The position numbers and the translations under genes were made by a program. Under the pieces are notes generated by a model. The model worked only from the letters and a program-made list of their open reading frames with translations, made no database searches and was not told where the DNA came from. From an uncultured Gammaproteobacteria bacterium (GTDB lineage Bacteria > Patescibacteriota > Patescibacteriia > UBA1558 > S5-K13), in contig CAZWVD010000002.1 of the NCBI GenBank assembly GCA_964636855.1, positions 1 through 37,922 of the forward strand: 37,922 nt of DNA, given 5' to 3'. Positions 31,067-37,922 of the stretch are shown here, piece by piece (within the stretch, counting starts at the first letter, position 1; the number at the start of each line of letters is the position of its first letter).

Positions 31067-32077
31067 TTATACCTCTTCATAAAATATTTTAACAAATCCA
31101 GCACCGCCAGCACCGCCAGCAAAGCTAGCTCCTCCGCCACCGCCACCCGCGCCACCCGCACCGCCACCGCCACCTGCTCCGCTAGAGCCAGCCGATCCAG
31201 CATTGCCAGCTGTTCCGCCAGCACCGCCGCTTCCAAACGACCCGCCGCCACCGCCACCTGCTCTGCCGCCAGAAACTGCCGCCGCGCCAAGACCTCCAAT
31301 TAGTGAATCAAATCCGCCCTCTGCATTTGCTGTTCCACCATCTCCACCGTCGCCGCCTGGGATAGCTGAGTTTTCCCAATTAAAGCTAGCCCCGCCTCCG
31401 CCCCCAGCCCCATGCGCGGCCCCACTTGCTCCCTCTCCGCCGCTTCCGCCTGGGCCACCGGGAAACCTTAAAATTACTGTACTTCCGTTTTTAATATATG
31501 AAGGGTTTCCGTTTGCGCCGGGGTTTCCATTCGTTGATTGGCTAGCAGGTGCTCCGCCAGCGCCACCGCCACCTATCTCGACTACATAACAAGTCTCTAC
31601 GCTGTGTACCCCTGATCCCTGTGATGAAATATTTATGTCTGCGCCACCAGGAGTAGAGGATATTTTGAAAGTATCAGTTGTAACTGTTTTTAAATAATAA
31701 ACGGTAGCCGCGCTGATATTACCTGGCAATGTATCGGTAGAAGAAAATACAACGGATTGATTTTCTGATAATCCGTGACCAGTTATGGTTATCACCTCTG
31801 TTGATGTATTAACGTCAGCTGGCGCAAAAGATCTGTATTTTGAAGCGTCTAGCCTTACTGGATATGATCTTGGGTCTGCGCCACCTCCACCGCCTCCACC
31901 GCCTCCGTTAAATGTTGGTCCGCTATCGCTTCCGCCACCCGACGCACCGCCCCCGCCGCCTCCAGCCCCATGCACTAATATGTTTCTAGATATTCCTGAC
32001 CTAACAATAAAATAGCCGCTAGATGTAAATTCCTGAACCTTATATTTTAATAGATTTAATATATGATTTTCTGTCAT
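31067..32077 (-). CDS. Glycine-rich domain protein (336 aa)
   Basis: Repeated GGGGGG/GAGG runs separated by short beta-like segments (VHGAGGGGGGASGGG..., VEIGGGGAGGAP..., GGPGGSGGEGASG...). Resembles glycine-rich domain proteins of phage tail modules. Confidence 0.7.
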   Translation of the reverse strand: MTENHILNLLKYKVQEFTSSGYFIVRSGISRNILVHGAGGGGGGASGGGSDSGPTFNGGGGGGGGGADPRSYPVRLDASKYRSFAPADVNTSTEVITITGHGLSENQSVVFSSTDTLPGNISAATVYYLKTVTTDTFKISSTPGGADINISSQGSGVHSVETCYVVEIGGGGAGGAPASQSTNGNPGANGNPSYIKNGSTVILRFPGGPGGSGGEGASGAAHGAGGGGGASFNWENSAIPGGDGGDGGTANAEGGFDSLIGGLGAAAVSGGRAGGGGGGSFGSGGAGGTAGNAGSAGSSGAGGGGGAGGAGGGGGGASFAGGAGGAGFVKIFYEEV

Positions 32078-32078
32078 T

Positions 32079-32585
32079 TTATGTCCCTGTTATTTCTCTA
32101 TTAAGCTGTAGGTAACAATTTTCTGGATCACCATCTGGAACATTTATTACATCAAGTCTAAGGAAGTCCCCTGCAATAAGCTCATCATAAGTAGAGTCTA
32201 TTACCGCAGGCGTTCCGTCGTCAGTTGAGTTTGCTTCGTTTCCGGCAGAATATGGTATTGCTGGCCTTGTCTGAAATATAGAGGTCCACGCCCCCGCTCC
32301 TCGCTTAAACTTTAAATCTATATCAAGAGATCCATAGCTAGATCCATTTGTCTCAATAAATGTTTTTGCGGATAGCAATGTTAAAGGCTGCGTTACAACC
32401 ATAAAAGCAACACCGTCTCGTGAGCGAAGGTTATTTAGAAGACCTCGAAGGTTAAATATAATGGCACTGTCATCGACTAACAAATTGTGCTTTGTTTCAA
32501 GAGAAACAAGCTCAGTGTTTATATCATTGAACCACGTTTGATCTATGACCTGTCCATTTGTACGTGTAGGTAATGGTAATGGCAT
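32079..32585 (-). CDS. Hypothetical tail-tip protein (168 aa)
   Basis: Listed ORF, 1-nt spacing to its neighbours. Confidence 0.7.
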   Translation of the reverse strand: MPLPLPTRTNGQVIDQTWFNDINTELVSLETKHNLLVDDSAIIFNLRGLLNNLRSRDGVAFMVVTQPLTLLSAKTFIETNGSSYGSLDIDLKFKRGAGAWTSIFQTRPAIPYSAGNEANSTDDGTPAVIDSTYDELIAGDFLRLDVINVPDGDPENCYLQLNREITGT

Positions 32586-33806
32586 CTAAACCTCTCTAAG
32601 CCTAAAAGTCATTTCTCTTTTCTCAGGATGAAAAGTTCTTCTGATAACTTTAAAATTCTTTGATGTATTCATGCTAAAGGCAAATATCATTTTTGGTAGC
32701 ACAGCCTCTCCACATATTGCGATACCGCATATAGGAAGCTCAAAGCCCTCGGCCTCTACTACTTGAAGAGGGTAGTCGATGTTAACCCTATCTAATATTT
32801 GAATAGAGTATGTGTCGTAATCAAGATGAGTGACAAGGTCTAGTTCTTGTTTTGGAAATCCAAACTCATCTAAGAGAGACTCCATAACATTAAATTGCTT
32901 ATTCGTATTGGTGAAAAGATCGGAAGATAAGTTCTTAGTCTTTCTTCCGTACTTTCTTATACTCTGGTTTCTTGCCGCCGTTTGCGTAGAGTCAGACCAA
33001 GAGAAAAAGTTAAATATTTTATTGTTTCCACTAGTTACATTCTTTATATCTTTTATATTCTCTACACCATTAGCAGACTGCGGACCATAAAATGTCTTTT
33101 GTATTGCTACGCCAGCCGTGCGCGGGACTATATAAACAGTTCTATTTTCTATATATAGAATAGAATTTGATAACAACAGTAAGTCATCAAGCACAGGCTT
33201 AATATTCTTGTCAAATATAGACTCGATAGAATCAAGGACTTGGTTTAGCCCAACACTTATGTTTGAGGCGCTTACGGTTAATAGGTTTGTTATTTTTGCT
33301 ACATTTAGCAGCTTATACAATACTTCCTCTATATTATCGCCAAGAACTAGCTCTGAATAGTTTGTCTTCTCCTGTGAAAAAAGTATCTCAAATCCTATGA
33401 CCTTAAATGTCGCGCTCGCCTGTCTAGCATCCTCAACTAAGGAATCATCGTTCAACAAGCCCTCAAATAGAACTACTTCGTCAGATATAAACTGATTAAA
33501 CATAGAGTCTGCTATAACAGGAGTTAGCAGTTCGTTTGACCTATCGTAAGTTATCTTAACTAGAGAGTTGTTTCTTGTGTATCCAAATATAGTGTTGTGT
33601 GTTCCTACGTTTGCGTATTTACCCTCAGAGTTATTCAGTGAGATTGATAGCCCACTATTTCTATAGACACCAATGTCATAGCCCCCTGAGTCAGTATCAA
33701 AAGTTATGTCGCTTATTTTCTCAAGATCATCCGTTACTTCAATAAAGTCTGCTTGATATTGTCCCATGGAGTTAAAAGGCTTTATGTAGGCCCTAATGCG
33801 TGACAT
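32586..33806 (-). CDS. Tail hub / Tal-like protein (by position)
   Basis: 406 aa, second gene after the tape measure. Confidence 0.45.
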   Translation of the reverse strand: MSRIRAYIKPFNSMGQYQADFIEVTDDLEKISDITFDTDSGGYDIGVYRNSGLSISLNNSEGKYANVGTHNTIFGYTRNNSLVKITYDRSNELLTPVIADSMFNQFISDEVVLFEGLLNDDSLVEDARQASATFKVIGFEILFSQEKTNYSELVLGDNIEEVLYKLLNVAKITNLLTVSASNISVGLNQVLDSIESIFDKNIKPVLDDLLLLSNSILYIENRTVYIVPRTAGVAIQKTFYGPQSANGVENIKDIKNVTSGNNKIFNFFSWSDSTQTAARNQSIRKYGRKTKNLSSDLFTNTNKQFNVMESLLDEFGFPKQELDLVTHLDYDTYSIQILDRVNIDYPLQVVEAEGFELPICGIAICGEAVLPKMIFAFSMNTSKNFKVIRRTFHPEKREMTFRLREV

Positions 33807-34603
33807 TAGTTTGAAACCTCTATGAGCTTTATTTTAACAACCTGGCCCGACGTATAGAATCCTTTATACCATTCTGGTTCTAGCTCATCTTGACACTTCA
33901 TCAAAACGATATCTTCTTTCCTGTACCCGATTCTCCTAGATGAGAATTGTGAATCATCGCCTCCTGATAACCAAACATGAAAGCCAGAGTTCATAGCGTA
34001 AAGCGCCTCAATTATAGAAAGGTCAGAGTCATCCGATGTTACTTTTATCTGTAACTCGCACGAGAATGTCTCTATTTGTTCTTTTATATTTACGCGCCCG
34101 CTTATTAGCTTGGAGATTATTCTATTTCTTGAAACCTTAGGCGACTTAATTATAGGCCATCCGTTTAGTTGTCCTATGCTGTCGCAAGCAAGCATTTGAA
34201 ATAAATATTTGTCAGAATCGGCAACCATTGTCCCGGTAATTATTAGCTTTATCTTTGTTGTAAAAACTTGAGTAAATTGATGAAATGTCGTTGCGTCAGA
34301 GTTATTTGAGACATTTATCGCAGTCGAGAAATCTACGTATGTAGATCCGTTGTAATACTGCAGCGTGTATGACTTAAAGTTGTGCTTTATTAAAAGTATT
34401 GAATCTATACTTACAAGATCAACAAAATTTACTTCTATATAGGTATTGTCTGCGTCTACAGACCCAGTAGTGGCCCATGCTGTTCGATTTGACCTATTGC
34501 GTATGAAGTTAACAAAGTCGTTTCCTTGGCTTGCAGTCAGCGTAACTACATCGTTTGATATATCTAATCTCGATTTATAAAAAAACCTTATTTGCTGACT
34601 CAT
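33806..34603 (-). CDS. Distal tail protein (Dit)-like (by position)
   Basis: 265 aa, immediately downstream of the tape measure with a 4-nt overlap. Confidence 0.5.
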   Translation of the reverse strand: MSQQIRFFYKSRLDISNDVVTLTASQGNDFVNFIRNRSNRTAWATTGSVDADNTYIEVNFVDLVSIDSILLIKHNFKSYTLQYYNGSTYVDFSTAINVSNNSDATTFHQFTQVFTTKIKLIITGTMVADSDKYLFQMLACDSIGQLNGWPIIKSPKVSRNRIISKLISGRVNIKEQIETFSCELQIKVTSDDSDLSIIEALYAMNSGFHVWLSGGDDSQFSSRRIGYRKEDIVLMKCQDELEPEWYKGFYTSGQVVKIKLIEVSN

Positions 34604-36663
34604 GCCATCTGTGTCCTTAGAGATATGCCAAGTCTTTCACGCTCGTTTGCTTGAACGTCTATAAAGTCCATAAGATTATCTTTAAGCGTTAAGACAAGCT
34701 CTATGCTTTGAGGCGGTGTTTGTTGTTCTTGCCCCGTGCCCACTCCAGACCTTTGCGATGCTACGGCCCCTACAACCTCTTCAAAATTTCTAGCCGGAAC
34801 AACAAGCTCTCCGTTAGAAAGCATAGCTGGTATAACATCTGCCGTTGGACCGCCTGGCCCTGTTATTAACCCGCCGTCTGCCGCAGCATTTACCTTCCCT
34901 ATCTGTTCTGCTCCAAATGCGATTGCCGCTGCCGCTCCTGCTATACCTAATGCCGGTCCGATAATAGGTATGGTCGAAAATCCTGCATAAATATTCATTG
35001 CAGATGTCGCAGTTTGGAAAATTATTTGCGCCGTAGCGGCGGCCTTTCCGATACCCTTTAGCGCCGAGTTATTAGACTGTTGTAATGCTGCCAGCTCGCC
35101 AAAGGCTTGCGCTGATCCTTGCACAATTGTCGAGTGCATTATTTTATTAATTGTTGCGTAGGCTGTTCCAAACTTGACCTGTTCTTTTAAAAAAGTGTCA
35201 TTTGCTTGGCGTTGTTGAGCGAGTTTTTCTTGTTGCACGGCGTACTCTGCAGCCTGTTGTTCTGTTCTAATAGCTCTAGCCTCTTCATATCTTGCAAGCT
35301 GGACTTCTCTGTCGCCCTCATAGTTTTCATCATCTAATGCTTTAAGCGACTCTAGTTCTTGCCTTTTTGCTTCTATCAAAAACTCCGATGCTTGCTGCCT
35401 CTCTAGCTGTTCAACCTCTCTTGCTAGCCTTCGTATCTCGGCCATTCTTTCTTCATGATCTTGCTGCAGAGATTCTCTCTTTGCTGCAGCATCAGCAAGA
35501 GCCTGATTTTGCGATTCCTCGGAAACCTCCGGGGCTTTTATTTCAACTGTTGCCTCATTAAATCCTCTTGCAAACGCTTCCTTTAATTGCCTTCCGCCTG
35601 CTTTTATGTTTTCTAAATTCGCAGTAAAGACGCCAGCAAGTAGGGTTCCAAGTCCACCCAAAAGACCGCTTATATTATTAACAAATGCCTGAAATACAGC
35701 CTGCATTCTAGGCCAAGCGGTATTCCAATTAAGCGCCAGCTCTGTTACAGCAAAGACTATAAGCCCAAGGCCAGTAGCGCCAACTAGAGCTCTTACTCCA
35801 ACAGTCATGAGACTCATTGTTACGTTGGCAGCAGCCATTGCTGCGCGAAGCTTTAAGAAAGCAATTCCGCCTAATGTTACGGCGGTTGCAAGTCCAGTTA
35901 CAACTGCACCAGCCGTCAATAACGCGGCAATAAAATCTACAAGTCCCTTGTTGTCTTTAATAAAAATAAGCATCTGATTTAATTTGTTTGCAACAAATGT
36001 TAGTGCTGGCGCAAATCTTGCCCCAATCTCCTCTTGAAGATCGCCAAAGGTCTCTTTGAGCTTTACTATGGCACCAAGACCCGCGCCGGCGGCGGCGGCC
36101 TGTCCAGAATATCTAGCATTTAACTGTACAATTACTTGATCTAGCTTTTCTGCCTTTGTCGCGCTAGCATCGACTTCTATTCCATAGCGAGTTAATGCAT
36201 TTGTACTTGTTCCTATGCTCTTTCCGACTAGCTGCGCAGCGGTTGACAAGTCAACGCCTTGAGCCTTCGCAAAGTCTGCTATAGCAAGCGTTAACTCTTG
36301 AGTTACTTCCTTCTGTCCAATGTATCCTTGAATTGCGGTTTGCGCGTTTAAAATTGCTTCATCTGATATGCCGGTCAAATTTTGAATTGCCGTAGCCTGG
36401 TCTTTATATTTATCCACAAGATCCCTAGAGAATATTCCTTGATTCTGGAGAGCTGCGGAAAGCCTGTTCGTAGCCTCTTCTGATTGCCTATATGCAGCAA
36501 CAGAAAAGCCGATCTCTGCTGTCAATGCTGCAAATGCAATTGCGGACTTTTGCGCAACACTAGAAAGAGAGTCGCTGAGTCCTGCGGTTTCTTTTGATGC
36601 CTTATCTAAAGCGTCTTCATAGTTCTTTATGTCGCCGCTAATTTTTATTACTAACTCTGCCAT
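34600..36663 (-). CDS. Tail tape measure protein
   Basis: 687 aa, A/G/L-rich with central hydrophobic helices and an E/Q/R coiled coil. Follows the chaperone pair. Confidence 0.9.
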   Translation of the reverse strand: MAELVIKISGDIKNYEDALDKASKETAGLSDSLSSVAQKSAIAFAALTAEIGFSVAAYRQSEEATNRLSAALQNQGIFSRDLVDKYKDQATAIQNLTGISDEAILNAQTAIQGYIGQKEVTQELTLAIADFAKAQGVDLSTAAQLVGKSIGTSTNALTRYGIEVDASATKAEKLDQVIVQLNARYSGQAAAAGAGLGAIVKLKETFGDLQEEIGARFAPALTFVANKLNQMLIFIKDNKGLVDFIAALLTAGAVVTGLATAVTLGGIAFLKLRAAMAAANVTMSLMTVGVRALVGATGLGLIVFAVTELALNWNTAWPRMQAVFQAFVNNISGLLGGLGTLLAGVFTANLENIKAGGRQLKEAFARGFNEATVEIKAPEVSEESQNQALADAAAKRESLQQDHEERMAEIRRLAREVEQLERQQASEFLIEAKRQELESLKALDDENYEGDREVQLARYEEARAIRTEQQAAEYAVQQEKLAQQRQANDTFLKEQVKFGTAYATINKIMHSTIVQGSAQAFGELAALQQSNNSALKGIGKAAATAQIIFQTATSAMNIYAGFSTIPIIGPALGIAGAAAAIAFGAEQIGKVNAAADGGLITGPGGPTADVIPAMLSNGELVVPARNFEEVVGAVASQRSGVGTGQEQQTPPQSIELVLTLKDNLMDFIDVQANERERLGISLRTQMA

Positions 36664-36956
36664 TATGACCCTTGTTGATTCGCTTGTTGTTTCATCTCGG
36701 CCATTCTCTGCTCTAGATGCTTCCCTATAATATCGTCTTGTTCTTTTGAGAATTCTGCAATATTTTTCGGCTCACCATCTAGTTGTATTTGTGGATAATA
36801 TTTTGCCCCATGTAGCGACGCCTCAAATCCGCGCTGTATTTCTATAAGATTTGCTTCATGCCTTCTGCGCTTTGAGATATTAGATATCATGAAAGAGACT
36901 TCTCTTGATGTAAGCCCATATATGTGATCTATGGTCCACCCATACTCACGGGCCAA
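36663..36956 (-). CDS. Tail assembly chaperone frameshift segment (T-like)
   Basis: It lies in the -1 frame relative to the upstream chaperone ORF. That frame is open back to the slippery run (KKKETDWSQVIDALAREYGWTIDH...). The listed start is a TTG, so it is probably expressed only as a G-T fusion. Confidence 0.7.
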   Translation of the reverse strand: MAREYGWTIDHIYGLTSREVSFMISNISKRRRHEANLIEIQRGFEASLHGAKYYPQIQLDGEPKNIAEFSKEQDDIIGKHLEQRMAEMKQQANQQGS

Positions 36957-36964
36957 TGCGTCTA

Positions 36965-37429
36965 TTACTTGCGACCAGTCTGTTTCTTTTTTTTTATGCC
37001 GTCAGAATCAAGCATCATTTCTTTCTGCTCATCTGGCGTGAGTATTTTCTCAAGCATAGGCCTGCTTATGCCTACGTTTTTAAGAATACCCTTGAACAGC
37101 TCAAGTTTCTCCGATGGCCCGCTTATCTTGGCCCGAAATAAGCGCCATCCGCCGATCTTAATCTTTGTCTCTTCTCCCGTTTCGTCATTAAACAAAATAA
37201 CGTCAACCGGAGCGAACTTTCTCTTGTCCTCTATGCTTAGTTGATGAAACGCTATGCGACATATCTGCTCATCTGTCATTTTATCTGTAAAGATTTGCTG
37301 ATCTTTAAACTCGGTCCTAAGCCATGACTCATCATCAAGAGTAAGTTTCCTTAGTGTAAAACTTTCACCGCCGACAACAACTTCGCAATCCTGTGGCCTT
37401 ATGTCTTCTAGTCCTATTTCCATTTGCAT
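36965..37429 (-). CDS. Tail assembly chaperone (G-like)
   Basis: Position upstream of the tape measure, with a slippery site near the 3' end. The start is uncertain (ATG at 37444, 37429 or 37423). The listed 37537 start would run across the divergent promoter. Confidence 0.7.
   Translation of the reverse strand: MQMEIGLEDIRPQDCEVVVGGESFTLRKLTLDDESWLRTEFKDQQIFTDKMTDEQICRIAFHQLSIEDKRKFAPVDVILFNDETGEETKIKIGGWRLFRAKISGPSEKLELFKGILKNVGISRPMLEKILTPDEQKEMMLDSDGIKKKKQTGRK
36986..36995 (-). promoter_or_regulatory. -1 programmed ribosomal frameshift slippery site A AAA AAG
   Basis: The minus strand reads GGC ATA AAA AAA AAG AAA (nine A then G). It lies 6 codons before the G stop, and the -1 frame continues without a stop into 36663..36956. 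Confidence 0.7.
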
Positions 37430-37473
37430 AACGTATATTGTCATAGCGGCAAAAGGCAAGACCAATAGGCCGG

Positions 37474-37502
37474 TTGACATCACGCGTACTGACGCGTATA
37501 CA
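37474..37502 (+). promoter_or_regulatory. Sigma70-like promoter with two ACGCGT hexamers in the spacer; probable leaderless start at ATG 37510
   Basis: TTGACA (37474-37479), 17-nt spacer, TATACA (37497-37502). ACGCGT at 37482-37487 and 37492-37497 (10-bp phasing). ATG lies 7 nt after the -10, with no SD. Confidence 0.5.
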
Positions 37503-37509
37503 CGATTAT

Positions 37510-37683
37510 ATGAAAAATAAAACGCATAGAATCTCAATAAGATGCACAGAAAAAGAAAAGAACCTAATTAAGCGGCTGGCGGACGACTATGCAATGGGGG
37601 ACATGACGGCGTGGATAATATACCAGTCAATTAACGGGGCCAGAAGGTTTTTGAAAGGGTATGACAAGAGAAAAAAGTATTAG
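37510..37683 (+). CDS. Ribbon-helix-helix-like small regulator (57 aa)
   Basis: MKNKTHRISIRCTEKEKNLIKRLADDYAMGDMTAWIIYQSI fits strand-helix-helix (MobC/CopG-like). The listed ORF start 37474 is a TTG that coincides with the -35 box. Confidence 0.55.
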   Translation: MKNKTHRISIRCTEKEKNLIKRLADDYAMGDMTAWIIYQSINGARRFLKGYDKRKKY

Positions 37684-37697
37684 ACATCGGAGGACGG

Positions 37698-37922
37698 ATG
37701 AACCACATTGGTAACCTAGAAATCACAAAAAAAAATCAGGATAAGTATAAAAACTTAACGGAAGTTACTGGAGACTTGTCTGTCTACAGCGATGCAAAGC
37801 TCGATGCTCCGAATCTACAAACAGTCGGTGGAGACTTGTCTGTCTACGGCAGTGCAAAGCTCGATGCTCTACAAACAGTCGGTGGAGACTTGTCTGTCTA
37901 CAGCGATGCAAAGCTCGATGCT
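37698..37922 (+). CDS. 5' part of junction-spanning LRR-like repeat protein (runs off the window end)
   Basis: ATG 37698 lies 3 nt after GGAGGA (37689-37694). There are 75 codons with no stop to the window end: MNHIGNLEITKKNQDKYKNLTEVTGDLSVYSDAKLDAPNLQTVGGDLSVYGSAKLDALQTVGGDLSVYSDAKLDA. Confidence 0.8.
   Translation, partial: MNHIGNLEITKKNQDKYKNLTEVTGDLSVYSDAKLDAPNLQTVGGDLSVYGSAKLDALQTVGGDLSVYSDAKLDA
37770..37922 (+). repeat. Same tandem repeat family as 1-234; 37770-37852 is identical to 38-120, and 37907-37922 is identical to 1-16
   Basis: Direct comparison of the two window ends. Unit 37853-37906 differs from 121-174 at two positions. Confidence 0.9.

Noticed and set aside
30959-32015. 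Pro-rich and Ala-rich ORFs (31203..31589 +, 31785..32015 +, 30959..31303 +, 31063..31299 -)
   Set aside because: They are mirror or off-frame readings of the GGN-rich glycine-run gene 31067..32077.
6060-37510. Invertible segment hypothesis for the opposite-strand accessory block (inverted repeats at its two borders)
   Set aside because: Comparison of 6060-6180 with 37430-37510 showed no inverted repeat, and no invertase gene is present.
16427-37537. Longest-ORF starts for several genes (17158, 18321, 11942, 27126, 27504, 37537, 37474, 2370, 1267, 903)
   Set aside because: Upstream starts are mostly TTG or GTG, or lack an SD, and create long overlaps. Internal ATGs with SDs or ATGA/TAATG coupling give tighter gene packing, so the shorter models were preferred.

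Overview
The window reads as an essentially complete, circularly closing genome (~37.9 kb) of a tailed dsDNA phage. Nt 37907-37922 equal nt 1-16, and collapsing that overlap keeps one gene in frame across the junction. The tail is siphovirus-type and the head-morphogenesis set is Mu-like. The host is inferred to be Gram-negative (overlapped spanin pair, several lipoboxes).

Layout:
- (A) Plus-strand accessory block, 37510 -> wrap -> 6051: RHH regulator, LRR-like tandem-repeat protein, small membrane proteins, coiled-coil protein, a GGA-rich 327-nt untranslated gap, an O-antigen ligase/polymerase-like membrane protein and a LamG-domain protein.
- (B) Minus-strand late operon, 16434 -> 6183: TerS, TerL, portal, an embedded CsrA homologue, MuF-like protein, gpI-like protease/scaffold, decoration-like protein, major capsid, connectors and major tail protein.
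- (C) Minus-strand early/DNA-metabolism operon, 21798 -> 16427: ERF, SSB, metallophosphoesterase, RusA, ParB-like domain and Mom-like modification enzyme.
- (D) An ORF-free, stem-rich ~0.7 kb region, 21.8-22.5 kb.
- (E) Plus-strand block, 22601-25028: degenerate SGNH-like lipoprotein, RHH, mini-peptide, Cys-rich protein and C5-cytosine methyltransferase.
- (F) Minus-strand tail and lysis operon, 37429 -> 25063: G/GT chaperones with a -1 slippery site, tape measure, tail tip proteins, glycine-rich protein, fibre-like proteins, M15 endolysin, holin-like protein, spanins and a large lipoprotein.

The most unusual observation is the methyltransferase locus. Two same-strand frames stay open for ~1.2 kb, each with its own recognisable motifs, and a small HNH nuclease gene is nested in the +1 frame exactly where the MTase carries a 125-codon insertion.

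Other points of interest:
- a CsrA homologue inside the head operon
- a candidate large structured RNA
- an in-frame TGA splitting a ParB-like ORF upstream of a Mom-like gene
- signal-peptide-like N-termini on virion-module proteins

No integrase, repressor, replication initiator, tRNA or CRISPR array was seen. All functional calls come from motif recognition by eye, not from searches.
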